A stretch of 64,000 nt of DNA, taken from the NCBI GenBank assembly GCA_023898525.1, contig CP060227.1:645836-709835 (forward strand), read 5' to 3'. This DNA is from Candidatus Nomurabacteria bacterium. Its GTDB lineage: Bacteria; Patescibacteriota; Minisyncoccia; Phycocordibacterales; UBA918. Under the pieces are notes generated by a model that was not told the origin of the DNA, ran no database searches, and saw only the letters and a program-made list of their open reading frames with translations. Made by a program: the position numbers and the translations under genes. This document shows positions 9,408 through 19,772 of this stretch, in pieces; the first letter of the stretch is position 1, and every line of letters begins with the position of its first letter.

Positions 9408-10598
9408 ATGTCTACACATTCACATAATCACAATATAGATTTTAAGACTGCTTTTACAGTCACTAACGAAGAAAAATCACAGGTAAAGATTACCGGTGAA
9501 ATCCCTTATGAGGAACTGGCCAAGGAAAGATTAGCGGCTATTAAGTCACTAGGAAAAAATGTTGAAATAGACGGCTTTCGAAAGGGTCATGTACCCGAAG
9601 CTGTTTTGGTAAAACACATTGGTGAAATGGCTATTTTGACCGAAATGGCTGAACGTTCTATCTCCCACATGTACCCTCATATATTGGAGGAGCATAAGAT
9701 CGACGCGATTGGTTACCCAAAAATCGAAATTACTAAGATTGCTCCCGAAAATCCACTGGGCTTCACGGCTACCGTAGCGATCATACCGGAGGTTGGGTTG
9801 CCTGACTACAAAAAAATCGCTACTGCTCACAATGCAGAGAAGGGGTCAGCTGATGTGACTGATACGGAGCTAGAGGACAAGATCAAGGATATACTGCGTC
9901 AAAAAGCAGCTTATGAGCGATTGCAGAAAAAAGCTGCTCAAAAGCCTGATTCGACCGAAGTAACCGACCTTCCTACTCCGGAAACTGTGAACAAGGAAGA
10001 TGAAGAGCTTGATATTGCGGAATTAACCGACGAAGTAGCTAAATCGCTTGGTCAGCCGGGACAATTTACTGACGTGGCTGATTTCAAGGCTAAGTTGCGT
10101 GAGCATTTAGAAATAGAAAAAAAGCGTGAGGTAGCGGCAAACCATCGAGCAAAACTAACTGACGCTATTATTGAAATGAGTACTATCGAGTTGCCGCAGA
10201 TCTTGATTGATTCTGAGCTCAACCAAATGTTTGCACAGATGGAAGAAGATTTGAAGCGGTCTAATCTCAAAATGGAAGATTATCTAAATCATATTAAGAA
10301 GACTAAAGAAGAAATCCAAAAAGAGTGGACTCCAGCCGCCGAAAAAAGAGCAAAACTACAACTAATCTTGAATGAAATTGCTAAAAAGGAAAAGATTATA
10401 CCTGATGCGGAATTGGTAGAAAAGCAGGTAAAAGAATTATTGGAAATGTACAAAGATGCAGACGAAATGAGAGTTCGTACGTATGTCGGTACAATTTTAA
10501 CCAACGAAGCAGTTCTGGCGATGTTGGAAGGAAGAGACGACGAAAAGAAAGAAGATAATAAAGATAAAAAGAAAAAGGATAAGGAGGAATCGAAATAA
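9408..10598 (+). CDS. tig: trigger factor (ribosome-associated chaperone) with Lys-rich C-terminal tail
   Basis: N-terminal ribosome-binding domain signature GFRKGHVPEAVLVKHIG; trigger-factor-like three-domain length. Confidence 0.85.
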   Translation: MSTHSHNHNIDFKTAFTVTNEEKSQVKITGEIPYEELAKERLAAIKSLGKNVEIDGFRKGHVPEAVLVKHIGEMAILTEMAERSISHMYPHILEEHKIDAIGYPKIEITKIAPENPLGFTATVAIIPEVGLPDYKKIATAHNAEKGSADVTDTELEDKIKDILRQKAAYERLQKKAAQKPDSTEVTDLPTPETVNKEDEELDIAELTDEVAKSLGQPGQFTDVADFKAKLREHLEIEKKREVAANHRAKLTDAIIEMSTIELPQILIDSELNQMFAQMEEDLKRSNLKMEDYLNHIKKTKEEIQKEWTPAAEKRAKLQLILNEIAKKEKIIPDAELVEKQVKELLEMYKDADEMRVRTYVGTILTNEAVLAMLEGRDDEKKEDNKDKKKKDKEESK

Positions 10599-10607
10599 TA
10601 TGTGGTG

Positions 10608-10643
10608 AAAAAACTGGGCGTCCGTAGGGCGCCCAGTTTTTTC
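10608..10643 (+). terminator. intrinsic terminator after tig (GTAG-loop hairpin)
   Basis: ctgggcgtcc-GTAG-ggcgcccag followed by tttttt. Confidence 0.7.
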
Positions 10644-10678
10644 TTTACGTTCGCTCTAAATCTGCTAACATAATAACC

Positions 10679-11287
10679 ATGGAAAATAAATCACAAACAG
10701 AAAAAATTCAATCTACCTTGGTACCGATGGTAATCGAAAAAACCCAAGGTGGTGAGCGAGCTTTTGATATTTATTCACGCTTACTCAAAGAACGAATCAT
10801 ATTTATAACCGGTCAGATTGAAGACCATATGGCTAATCTGGTGGTGGCGCAGCTTTTGTTTTTAGAGGCTGAAGATCCTAAAAAAGACATAATTATCTAC
10901 GTCAATTCCCCAGGCGGTAGCGTAACGGCGGGTATGGCTATTATCGACACGATGCACCATATCAAGCCGGACGTGGCGACAGCTTGTGTAGGTATGGCAG
11001 CTTCAATGGGTTCCATGATTCTTTCTCAAGGAGCTAAAGGCAAGCGCTATATTCTGCCAAATGCTGAAGTGATGATTCATCAGCCAATGGGCGGCGCTTA
11101 TGGGCAGGCTACGGATATCGATATCACAGCCAAGCATATCTTGAAGACTAGAGATCGTTTAAACAGAATGTTGGCCAAAGCTACCGGTCAAAAACTAAGT
11201 AAAATTGAGCAAGATGTTGAACGAGACTTCTTTATGGATGCTGAGGAAGCTAAAGCGTATGGTTTGATAGATCAGATTTATAAATAA
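10679..11287 (+). CDS. clpP: ATP-dependent Clp protease proteolytic subunit
   Basis: [54 protein letters not shown], the ClpP catalytic Ser region (GMAASMGS) and His motif. Confidence 0.92.
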   Translation: MENKSQTEKIQSTLVPMVIEKTQGGERAFDIYSRLLKERIIFITGQIEDHMANLVVAQLLFLEAEDPKKDIIIYVNSPGGSVTAGMAIIDTMHHIKPDVATACVGMAASMGSMILSQGAKGKRYILPNAEVMIHQPMGGAYGQATDIDITAKHILKTRDRLNRMLAKATGQKLSKIEQDVERDFFMDAEEAKAYGLIDQIYK

Positions 11288-11469
11288 TCTATCTTTCATG
11301 AAGTAAAACAATAAAGGGCCGCGAGCTTCGCTCGTGGCCCTTTATTGTTTTACTGTCTCGTTTTATGTTTTACAACCTGCTATAATTTTGCTAAGGTACG
11401 CTCGCCTATCAGTCACGGTTGAAAAGACATTGATTTTACGAATATTTAGTAATTATATAAACACAGACC

Positions 11470-12999
11470 ATGCCATCATTAACTACTGTGCTTATGCTCA
11501 TTGCAATCCTTGGGCTAGGCATAGCTGCTGGCTACTATCTGCGCTATCTCCAGGCTCTGTCAAAGAAAACATCGATAGAAATAGAAATTAAGGAACGCCT
11601 AGTTGAAGCAGATAAGCATGCCATCGAAATAATCGAGAAGGCCGAGGAAAAAGCGTTAGTAATTGAGGAAGAGGCCAAAAAAGAAAGAAGGAGTCGAGAA
11701 GAAAAACTGGCTCTCAAAGAGGAACACCTTTTAAAAAGAGAGGATCTTTTTGATAATCGTCAGATTGATTTAGATTCACAACGTGAAGCTTTGCAAAGTA
11801 AAATCCAGGAAGTTAAAAGTATTAAACTTCAATTAGACGAAAGAAAAAACGAGATTGAAACTAAGTTTGAAGAAGTTGCTGGTCTATCTAAAGATGAGGC
11901 CTATAACTTAATTATCAGTAAAGTTGAAGCGGAACGGGCTGAAGATCTACGTCAACATATAGAAAAGATAGACCGCTTGGGTACAGAGAAGTTTGAGGCG
12001 GAAGCCCAGAATATTCTCCTGGCTGCTATTCATCGTCTTGGCAACAATATGCCTACTAATGTCATGACTTCGCACGTAGAGATTCCGAGTGATGACCTAA
12101 AAGGTAAGGTTATTGGTAAAGAAGGTCGTAATGTTCGAGCCTTTGAGCGAGCAACTGGAGTCGATGTTTTGATTGATGAAACACCCGGTTATATTGTTCT
12201 ATCTTCTTTTGATCCGATTCGTCGTGAAATCGCTCGGGTTGCGCTTGAGGCTCTACTCAAAGATGGTCGTATCCAACCAGCTAAGATTGAAGAGTCAGTA
12301 GACAATGCCCGCAAGGAAGTGGCTACCATAGTAAGGAAGATGGGTGAAAAAGCCACTTATGACGCTGATGTGCCAAATCTTCACCCAGATTTAGTTAATA
12401 TTGTCGGTCGGCTACATTTTCGTACTAGCTATGGTCAAAATGTGCTCTGGCATTCAGTGGAAATGGCTCATATTGCAGCGATTATTGCAGAGGAGGTGGG
12501 TGCTGATGTGGCGGTAGCTAGAGCGGGAGCTCTACTGCATGATATTGGTAAAACAGTCAGTCATGAGGTGGCAGGTACTCATGTGGAGATTGGTATTCGG
12601 ATTCTACAAAAATACGGGGTTGATGAAAAAGTCATTTTGGCGATGCGAGCCCATCACGAAGAGTATCCATATGAAACCCCTGAGTCGATTATTGTTCAGG
12701 TGGCTGACGCCATCTCAGGGGGAAGGCCTGGGGCTAGACGTGACTCGATTGAAAATTATGTCAAACGCTTGGGAGATTTAGAGACCATTGCCACAGCCAT
12801 CAAGGGGGTAGATAAAGCGTTTGCCATTGCCGCTGGACGGGAGGTGCGGGTTTTGGTAAATCCTGAGTCACTGACTGATTTTGAAACTCATACTTTAGCT
12901 CGCACTATAGCGACAAATATAGAATCAAAACTACGTTATCCTGGTGAAATCAAGGTCCACGTGATCCGTGAGACCAGAGTCATTAGTTACGCTAGATAA
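11470..12999 (+). CDS. rny: ribonuclease Y
   Basis: N-terminal TM, coiled-coil, KH domain (KGKVIGKEGRNVRAFERATGVDVLIDETPG) and HD domain (HSVEMAHIAAIIAEEVGADV...LLHDIGK). Confidence 0.9.
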   Translation: MPSLTTVLMLIAILGLGIAAGYYLRYLQALSKKTSIEIEIKERLVEADKHAIEIIEKAEEKALVIEEEAKKERRSREEKLALKEEHLLKREDLFDNRQIDLDSQREALQSKIQEVKSIKLQLDERKNEIETKFEEVAGLSKDEAYNLIISKVEAERAEDLRQHIEKIDRLGTEKFEAEAQNILLAAIHRLGNNMPTNVMTSHVEIPSDDLKGKVIGKEGRNVRAFERATGVDVLIDETPGYIVLSSFDPIRREIARVALEALLKDGRIQPAKIEESVDNARKEVATIVRKMGEKATYDADVPNLHPDLVNIVGRLHFRTSYGQNVLWHSVEMAHIAAIIAEEVGADVAVARAGALLHDIGKTVSHEVAGTHVEIGIRILQKYGVDEKVILAMRAHHEEYPYETPESIIVQVADAISGGRPGARRDSIENYVKRLGDLETIATAIKGVDKAFAIAAGREVRVLVNPESLTDFETHTLARTIATNIESKLRYPGEIKVHVIRETRVISYAR

Positions 13000-13006
13000 A
13001 TCTTCT

Positions 13007-13038
13007 TTTAAGTAATAAAAACCCCACAGCGTAGCTGT
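13007..13038. terminator. bidirectional terminator between rny and pheA-like gene (GTAG loop)
   Basis: aaaa-ccccacagc-GTAG-ctgtgggg-ttttt between convergent genes. Confidence 0.7.
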
Positions 13039-13048
13039 GGGGTTTTTA

Positions 13049-13606
13049 TTACTTTTTCGCCACGACAAAAGTTGTGTAATTAAATTTTAGATCTTGAATT
13101 GACTCTTCAATAATATCTAAGTCGTAGAGTTTAGCGCATTGTTTGGCGGCGATGATGGCGGTTGTTTCTGGTAGTAGGCCAGCCTGTAAATCAATGGCAG
13201 CTTGCGCTGTATCAGCATATGGCACTATATCCACTTCCGGCCACTTACGCTTTATGTACATTCGGCATTGTTTTAAGGCTTGATCGTGAGAAGAGATACT
13301 GTTTATTTGTGAGGCGGTAACCCCCTTTTTTACCAATAGAGTGTGGTGGATATCGAGTTCAAACATTTCTTCAATCTGGAACTGATATTTCGCCATAGCG
13401 TACACGGCTTCGATTACAATACCACCGTTACTATTTTCGATTGGAAATACACCGCGCTCAATGAGCCCTTCGTTTAGTTGATTCAAAACATTCTCGGCTG
13501 AAACAAGCGGCAAAATCACCCCTTCAGGTAAATTGTGCTTCTTTAAATACATCTCTCCGGCCTGCTCTGAAAAGCTGCCAGAAGCTCCCATTACACCAAT
13601 TTTCAT
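13049..13606 (-). CDS. pheA: prephenate dehydratase catalytic (PDT) domain protein, no ACT domain
   Basis: MKIGVMGASGSFSEQAGEMY..., FPIENSNGG, HHTLLV, SHDQALKQCRMYI, YTTFVV align along the PDT domain of PheA; 185 aa ends before the regulatory ACT domain. Confidence 0.6.
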   Translation of the reverse strand: MKIGVMGASGSFSEQAGEMYLKKHNLPEGVILPLVSAENVLNQLNEGLIERGVFPIENSNGGIVIEAVYAMAKYQFQIEEMFELDIHHTLLVKKGVTASQINSISSHDQALKQCRMYIKRKWPEVDIVPYADTAQAAIDLQAGLLPETTAIIAAKQCAKLYDLDIIEESIQDLKFNYTTFVVAKK

Positions 13607-13795
13607 ATCGCCACATCATAACACAACCTAACCTGGAAAAAGTTTCAAAAAAATTACAGCACAAAAAATGTAAACAGGTAAGACGTGGCAGCTTATATAG
13701 CTTGCTATATAATGTAGACAAGCCATTTTACAGGCGCGTGTGAGTAAAACCTCTACACATTTTAATCGCTCTAAAAATATAATTTTTCAGAATCT

Positions 13796-14068
13796 ATGAA
13801 TAAAGCAGACATCATCAGTGCCGTACATGAAGTACTTGGTTCAACAAAGGCTGATGCAGAGCGCGCAGTTGATAAAGTTTTTAGCAGTATTGAAGCAGCC
13901 ATGAAAGATGGTGACGCTGTATCAATCGCTGGCTTCGGTATATTTGAAGCTAAGCTTCGAGCTAAGCGTGAAGCTCGTAATCCACGAACTGGTGAAACAG
14001 TTATGGTGCCAGCAATGCGAGTGCCAAAGTTCCGAGCTGCTAAGGCTCTAAAAGACTCAGTTAAATAA
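13796..14068 (+). CDS. hup: DNA-binding protein HU
   Basis: 90 aa, MNKADIISAVHE...GFGIFEAKLRAKREARNPRTGETVMVPAMRVPKFRAAKALKDSV, the classic HU/IHF fold signature. Confidence 0.9.
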   Translation: MNKADIISAVHEVLGSTKADAERAVDKVFSSIEAAMKDGDAVSIAGFGIFEAKLRAKREARNPRTGETVMVPAMRVPKFRAAKALKDSVK

Positions 14069-14085
14069 ACCTGAGTGTAATAAGG

Positions 14086-14123
14086 AAAAAACTGGGCGCC
14101 CCGTAGGGGCGCCCAGTTTTTTC
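14086..14123 (+). terminator. intrinsic terminator after hup (GTAG loop; near-identical to the tig terminator)
   Basis: aaaaactgggcgcccc-GTAG-gggcgcccag-tttttt. Confidence 0.75.
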
Positions 14124-14302
14124 CTTATCCACACTAGTATCAGTAATCTAGTCATGATAAAATTACTAACGTAGCGGAGGTAATACGCTATGTGGAAATA
14201 CGAAGTATTCCTCGCTATTTCCCATCACAATTGTAAAAATCCCCTCAGCCATGGGGATTTTTACTTTCCAACCTCTAAACCCCTTCATGTTACTATTAAT
14301 TT

Positions 14303-15115
14303 ATGTTTACAGTTATTATCAACGACTGTCGCGATGACAATGCGCGAGCTCGCCAGACCAGTCGGGTTGGATCACTGGCTTCAACAAACATCTCCTTTAT
14401 TGGAGTGGATAGCGACCTAGAGGCTGGCATGCAACTAATTGACGTTCTTGATGCCACTACCGGCCGTGAAGGCTTGGTATTGGTTAATGTGGCCCCTCGT
14501 GGAGACCATGCCAGTAAATGGGAAAACGGCACCCCTTTTGCTTATTTTTGGTACAAAAAAACTCTAGTCATTACATCTGTCGATGGATTTGCTTTATCAG
14601 CTGTTAAAAAATTAAATTTAACGAACCAAATAAATTTGTTAGATATCCACGAAACTACAGAGGCTATGTTGAAGGCCAATTTTATTACAGAGGCAGAGGC
14701 GAAGCGCATTCCCTACAGTCAGTTTCGTAGTTTTGATTTTACTCCCAGAGCCGGTGTATTTATGATGCAAGGAAATCATCTGCCAAGTGCAAGTTTTGAT
14801 TTAGATGACGTACCGGATTTACCAAGGGCTGTCTGGGCCATTGATAATTTTGGCAATTGTAAGACAACTCTAACCCCTGAAGATATAGATACGAACAAAG
14901 AAACGCAAACACGCTATGGCTCACTTCCCTATTTTGAAAAATTACGTGATTTATCTGACGGAGAAACAGCCCTTGTTAGAGGCAGCTCAGGCCTAGACGA
15001 TACTCGTTTTCTGGCTGTAATTACTCAAAGACGCAGCTTTGCTAAAAATAACAACGTAATGATTGGTGATGATGTTTTCGAAGATAAGTCCTATTTTAGA
15101 CAAGCAACAGAATAG
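14303..15115 (+). CDS. hypothetical protein (weak resemblance to the DUF62 / SAM hydroxide adenosyltransferase fold)
   Basis: 270-aa ORF; N-terminal hhVhINDCRDDN...G and central GLVLVNVAPRGDH resemble the DUF62 layout, but the match is weak. Confidence 0.4.
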   Translation: MFTVIINDCRDDNARARQTSRVGSLASTNISFIGVDSDLEAGMQLIDVLDATTGREGLVLVNVAPRGDHASKWENGTPFAYFWYKKTLVITSVDGFALSAVKKLNLTNQINLLDIHETTEAMLKANFITEAEAKRIPYSQFRSFDFTPRAGVFMMQGNHLPSASFDLDDVPDLPRAVWAIDNFGNCKTTLTPEDIDTNKETQTRYGSLPYFEKLRDLSDGETALVRGSSGLDDTRFLAVITQRRSFAKNNNVMIGDDVFEDKSYFRQATE

Positions 15116-15123
15116 AGATAATA

Positions 15124-15348
15124 TTATATTAAACCACCAAATGAAACCATATAAGTATTTATAAAAGCTGGGATAACAAAAGCCAGTCCTATCATCGGCA
15201 GTACCACAACCGCTATAGTGGTCCACATAGTTATTAAAAAATACTTCCTTGTCTTTTCTACCGACTCATAAATAGCTTCTATTTTCTCTCCTTGTTGATC
15301 TAGTTGTTCTTTGATGGATCGTTCCATAATTAAAATATATTGTAACAT
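15124..15348 (-). CDS. small membrane protein
   Basis: 74 aa with two hydrophobic helices after a charged N-terminus. Confidence 0.35.
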   Translation of the reverse strand: MLQYILIMERSIKEQLDQQGEKIEAIYESVEKTRKYFLITMWTTIAVVVLPMIGLAFVIPAFINTYMVSFGGLI

Positions 15349-15420
15349 TGTGTGTCATTTTTAAGCAAAAATTATAGGCGCAATTTTTAATTGCGCCTAT
15401 ATAAAACATATACAATTCTT

Positions 15421-15948
15421 CTATGAAACTTTTTTAAGTATAAAGAAATGTCCAGAACTATAACACGATGTTTCTTGATTAGTGCGGGGCTTGATATCAT
15501 AAATACTTAAGCCAGAACCATGTAATGATTCTACATGAATTGTATATCTGCAATTCTCTTTTGTTATGATTTCAAAATTAAGCACAGCTAACATATTACC
15601 AAACTGGTCTTCAGTGTCAGCCAAATATAAGAGAAAAGCTAAGGCTTCCCCGGGTGACAAAAAGGCTAAATCTTCCTCTGCTCCCTCCTGGAAAATGTCT
15701 ACGTCGTTTTTAGAACTCACTTGATTTGAATTTACAGTAACAAGTAATGGCTTAAATTTCCTACATACAGCATCCTCTTCGATAAGACCAAAAAAAGTTT
15801 CCAATATTTGTAACGGAGGGTATGATCCAAACCTTGGTTGCACCAAGTTATCAAAGACGTCAATCCCAGATATGTTTAGTATTTTTTTTAAATCATCAAC
15901 TGAGTCCGGTATAGATATCAGCTCAAGAGTTTTAGTCATTATTTCCAC
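15421..15948 (-). CDS. hypothetical protein
   Basis: 175-aa ORF, no motif. Confidence 0.45.
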   Translation of the reverse strand: MEIMTKTLELISIPDSVDDLKKILNISGIDVFDNLVQPRFGSYPPLQILETFFGLIEEDAVCRKFKPLLVTVNSNQVSSKNDVDIFQEGAEEDLAFLSPGEALAFLLYLADTEDQFGNMLAVLNFEIITKENCRYTIHVESLHGSGLSIYDIKPRTNQETSCYSSGHFFILKKVS

Positions 15949-16047
15949 CTCTCAAAAGTTATTTGTCGAATTTACACTAAATCTAGCAACTCTTATATCA
16001 CAAAATACAAGCACTCGCTACAGCCATGTAGCGAGTGTGATATGAGG

Positions 16048-16731
16048 TTAAGCAATATTCCAGATAACCGCTCCTCTTCTAGCCTTTTCTTTTACAAACC
16101 GCCAGATCTTGGCATCATAAAAAGGAGCGGAGGGATACGGAGGGTATTCTCTAGCCACTTCCTCGGATTTTTCAATGACCGTGTACTCTACATCATGTAG
16201 CAAAAAACCCAAACTGACTCCACATACTTTAGTCTTTGGCCAAGCTTCTTTTAAACAGCCAAAAGTAGTCCCAGAACCAACCGCTACCCACACTTCTTCG
16301 GGAGAAGTAATTGTTTCTTTCGCCAATTTTATCAATTCAGTCCGAAATAACTCACAATTAAATCCGATTGGTAAGTGGAAGGCTTCATTCTCTCTAGCCC
16401 AATTTTTCACCAAGTTGCCCACTTCATGTTGTTTTCTGACTTTATTAGCAAAATGAAAGAAAACATTCGGAAAATCTTTTAGATACTCAGTTACGTATGT
16501 ATATCTTGGGTTACCAGCTAAAAATATATGCGCTTCTTTTCCCATCTTCATCGCAGCTATAGCTAAAGCCAGACCAGAGTGACCATACTCATGGACCGCA
16601 CAAGCTATTTTAATTTCTGAAATATGGCGCAAGGCCTCTTCCAGTGCCAAATGTTTAATTCCACCGGGAACCAAATCACCCCGTACCACCCTAAAACCAT
16701 CTATTTTATGAACCGATAATTTATTCATCAT
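16048..16731 (-). CDS. PLP-dependent fold-type II enzyme-like protein (ACC deaminase / D-cysteine desulfhydrase-like, short)
   Basis: VVRGDLVPGGIKHLALEEAL fits the GGNK(PLP-Lys)xRKLE motif; later glycine-rich VWVAVGSGTTFGCL loop; only 227 aa, so a truncated or minimal form. Confidence 0.45.
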   Translation of the reverse strand: MMNKLSVHKIDGFRVVRGDLVPGGIKHLALEEALRHISEIKIACAVHEYGHSGLALAIAAMKMGKEAHIFLAGNPRYTYVTEYLKDFPNVFFHFANKVRKQHEVGNLVKNWARENEAFHLPIGFNCELFRTELIKLAKETITSPEEVWVAVGSGTTFGCLKEAWPKTKVCGVSLGFLLHDVEYTVIEKSEEVAREYPPYPSAPFYDAKIWRFVKEKARRGAVIWNIA

Positions 16732-17146
16732 CTTCTCCTACTAAAGTTAACCTACTTTTACTTCCTTCTGCTCTAAAGTCGTTGCCAATAGCTATAATTA
16801 CTAACTCTGATAAAGCATCAATGGCATGTGGTACATTACTGGGAATCAAGTATATAAGACCGGCTTTCAAGTCAATCTTGGTATCAAGATAAGTCAAAAT
16901 ACCAAGACCGTATGTCACCACCAAAATATGCGATCCAACATGAGTATGAAGACCGACTTTTTCACCAGCGGCAAAGCGTATCAAGCTAGCACCAAAGGGT
17001 TTATCGCCGCTTTGGTCAAAAATTAACGACAATGCTGTTGCATCACTCTTTACCATTTGAATTGGTTGCTCGCCTTTCATCGGTGTTAGTACCCTATCCT
17101 TCATCTCTGCCCAAGTAGCTGATTGAAAATTATTAAATGCGTTCAT
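16721..17146 (-). CDS. cupin domain protein
   Basis: GEKVGLHTHVGSHILVVTYGLGILTYLD...LIYLIPSNVPHAID, the two cupin motifs; start moved to MNAFNN (17146) because the longer ORF would overlap the divergent TrmB gene. Confidence 0.55.
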   Translation of the reverse strand: MNAFNNFQSATWAEMKDRVLTPMKGEQPIQMVKSDATALSLIFDQSGDKPFGASLIRFAAGEKVGLHTHVGSHILVVTYGLGILTYLDTKIDLKAGLIYLIPSNVPHAIDALSELVIIAIGNDFRAEGSKSRLTLVGEDDE

Positions 17147-17249
17147 AATTCTATTCTTGACTTTAAAACAGTCCACCAATATACTTACAAATAAATAACG
17201 AGTGGCAAATACCACCACAGAGTGATAAGGGTCACCATAAATAGCAAAT

Positions 17250-18011
17250 ATGGAATACCAAGAAATACTACAGACATTAGGCTTAGCCAAAAATGAAGCC
17301 AAGATTTACGAGACTTTGATTCGTCGCGGAAATTCTTCGGTTAGTACAATATCTGAAAAATCAGGGGTACATAGACGCAACGTCTATGATTCTTTAAATC
17401 GTCTTATGGAAAAAGGATTAGTTATTGAAGTAGTAGATTCCAAAGAAAACATTTATCAAGCAGTCGAACCTAGAAAATTACAAGAAATTTTAGCCGAAAA
17501 AACCAAGCAACTTGAAGCCGCCCTCCCCTCTCTCGATAAACTTTACTTTAGTACGCCATCTGAATACCGAGTACAAACCTACCGTGGCAAGGAGGGTTGG
17601 AAACAATACATGAGAGACATACTGCTGGTAGAAAAGCCTTTCTATTCAATTGCTGCTCAAGGAGCCTGGCTTGATGAACGAGTAACCAACTTCATCCCCG
17701 GATTTCTCACCGGGTTAAAGAAAAAGAAAATAAAAATGTATCATTTATTTGATTATGAAGTAAAAGCAGCTAGCCACCCGATTATTCAGCATGTAGGTAA
17801 ACATTATAAGTTTTTACCAAAAAAGTACGCCACTACTTCCGGTATCGATATCTTTGGCGACCGAGTAAATATCATGCACCATCAATATCTCGGTCAAGTC
17901 GGTGAAGTTGATGAGATCATGTTTACTGTTATTCAAAATCAAAACCTAGCCGACTCTTTCAGAACCTGGTTTCAGTACATGTGGGACTTTTGTCCTGAGA
18001 TTAAAGACTGA
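17250..18011 (+). CDS. TrmB-family transcriptional regulator
   Basis: N-terminal winged HTH LGLAKNEAKIYETLIRRGNSSVSTISEKSGVHRRNVYDSLNRLMEKGLV plus C-terminal TrmB-like domain. Confidence 0.75.
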   Translation: MEYQEILQTLGLAKNEAKIYETLIRRGNSSVSTISEKSGVHRRNVYDSLNRLMEKGLVIEVVDSKENIYQAVEPRKLQEILAEKTKQLEAALPSLDKLYFSTPSEYRVQTYRGKEGWKQYMRDILLVEKPFYSIAAQGAWLDERVTNFIPGFLTGLKKKKIKMYHLFDYEVKAASHPIIQHVGKHYKFLPKKYATTSGIDIFGDRVNIMHHQYLGQVGEVDEIMFTVIQNQNLADSFRTWFQYMWDFCPEIKD

Positions 18012-18027
18012 TTAATATAAATAACAA

Positions 18028-18462
18028 TTACCATCCAAACTCTGAATAAGTAATATTATTCCTATAATTTTCAATACCGGCTTTCATGAAGTCAATTGTG
18101 TTGTCTGGTAAATTATCTAAATCAAACCAATCAAGACCATCACATTTATGTGGCTCACAGTTTTTTATCTCGCCCTTGTATGATTTTGTGGTCATAAAAA
18201 AATCTACACGTACATCTTTCTTATTATCCCTATACATCACATGAACCACTTCCAGATCTTCTGGTTTTATATCAATTCCAATTTCTTCTTTTGTTTCCCT
18301 GGCACAGCCTTCCTTGGCTGTTTCGGCGTTCTCTATGTGTCCAGCGGGAACTCCATAAAACCCATCCATAAAACCGGTTTTGAAACGACGCCCTAATAGA
18401 ATCTTATTGTCTTTAATTAACAGTAAGTATACTGAACCGACGCAAGTAAAATCTTTTTTCAT
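18028..18462 (-). CDS. NUDIX hydrolase
   Basis: Nudix box GVPAGHIENAETAKEGCARETKEEIGI (GX5EX7REUXEEXGU). Confidence 0.8.
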   Translation of the reverse strand: MKKDFTCVGSVYLLLIKDNKILLGRRFKTGFMDGFYGVPAGHIENAETAKEGCARETKEEIGIDIKPEDLEVVHVMYRDNKKDVRVDFFMTTKSYKGEIKNCEPHKCDGLDWFDLDNLPDNTIDFMKAGIENYRNNITYSEFGW

Positions 18463-18547
18463 TTCTACAAGTGTAGCAAATGCAAAACTTGAAGCAAGTT
18501 GCGCACAATACGGGTGTACTTTGGTTAACTTTTAAAGGTACATTATT

Positions 18548-19041
18548 ATGAAAACAGACATTAACAAAGAACCATCATTCAGAGGAACTGGAGAAGACAT
18601 TCCCCACGAAGGTGCGGAAATAATTGAAAGAAATGCCATCAACGCTGTCGTTTGTAACCCAAAAACAGGTAGATATATGCTATTAAAATGGAAAGATCTA
18701 CCTTGGATAGCTTTTGTTTCAGGTGGAATTGAAAAAGGACAGACTGCCGAAGAAGCGGTCAGAACTGAAGTCAAGCAGGAAACCGGTTACATAAACCTTA
18801 AACTCATAAGCGTATTACCTCGCTACAATGCCTTGTTTTGGCACGGAGGAAAAAAGGTGAATTGATTAGCTAGATTTCAAATTTCTTATTTGAACTAATA
18901 GATTACGAAAAGGTTGAGGTTGATTCAGACGAACTGGCTCGTCATGAGGAGATTTGGCTAACTTTGGATGAACTTAAGAAAACAGATTTACAAGAAGGTC
19001 CACGATTCCTTTTGGATCATATAATTCAACAAGGATTGTAG
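18548..19041 (+). pseudogene. NUDIX hydrolase, apparently frameshifted (two reading-frame segments)
   Basis: 18548-18865 encodes the Nudix box AEEAVRTEVKQETGY then stops right after a GGAAAAAAGG homopolymer; the C-terminal-like segment (DYEKVEVDSDELARHEEIWLTLDELKK...) continues in a different frame from 18874 to 19041. Confidence 0.45.
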
Positions 19042-19119
19042 CCCGCCTATCTGACACGATAAAACCCGCACGGTAGTAGATTGTGCGGGTTTTTGCTGGA
19101 TTAGCTTTAGTTCATTGAG

Positions 19120-19623
19120 TCAAGCTCTAATAAAGATGTGATGTGTCGAATCACCAAAAGTATAAACTTGGATAATCTGATATGTTTTAAACGCAATTAT
19201 TTTGCGATAAATCAGACACTTATACTTATCTGGTAATCCAAGCGGCTTTTCTTCTACAGTAAAATTATGGTGCCAGGTTATGATGTTCTTGTAGAATTTA
19301 TCTAATAAAAGAACACTGGTTGGTAAAAAGACTATAAGCAAGGTTTTGGTCAGTGATAAATCACTGAAAAAATACAATGTTAAGGTACCCACGACCAATA
19401 TTTCACACAGCCACCAAAATAACCTAAACCATCTAAAGTTTCTGAGCTCTATTATGAGCCTCAGCCACCCTGGTGCCACCCTGTAAGTAAAATATTCATA
19501 GCAAGTATCTGCAGGATGTAACCTTAAACTTTCCAAGTACACCCATTCTTGATCCAATTGCTCAGCTAATATAGCAGCTTCCGTTCTGGCCTCTTCTGTG
19601 TCTACATGTTCTGGTATACCCAT
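19120..19623 (-). CDS. hypothetical membrane protein
   Basis: 167 aa with 2-3 TM helices and W/F-rich segments. Confidence 0.5.
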   Translation of the reverse strand: MGIPEHVDTEEARTEAAILAEQLDQEWVYLESLRLHPADTCYEYFTYRVAPGWLRLIIELRNFRWFRLFWWLCEILVVGTLTLYFFSDLSLTKTLLIVFLPTSVLLLDKFYKNIITWHHNFTVEEKPLGLPDKYKCLIYRKIIAFKTYQIIQVYTFGDSTHHIFIRA

Positions 19624-19772
19624 TTTTCACTTCTCCTATTAGAAGTTAAAGAAAAAACAAATTACTACGTCTACTGACTGAGATTATACTATTTTGAGGG
19701 TTTGTAAAGATACAATGGCCAATAATAAAAAGAGTGTGAATCACGTTTGAAACACACTCTTTTGGTTTATTA

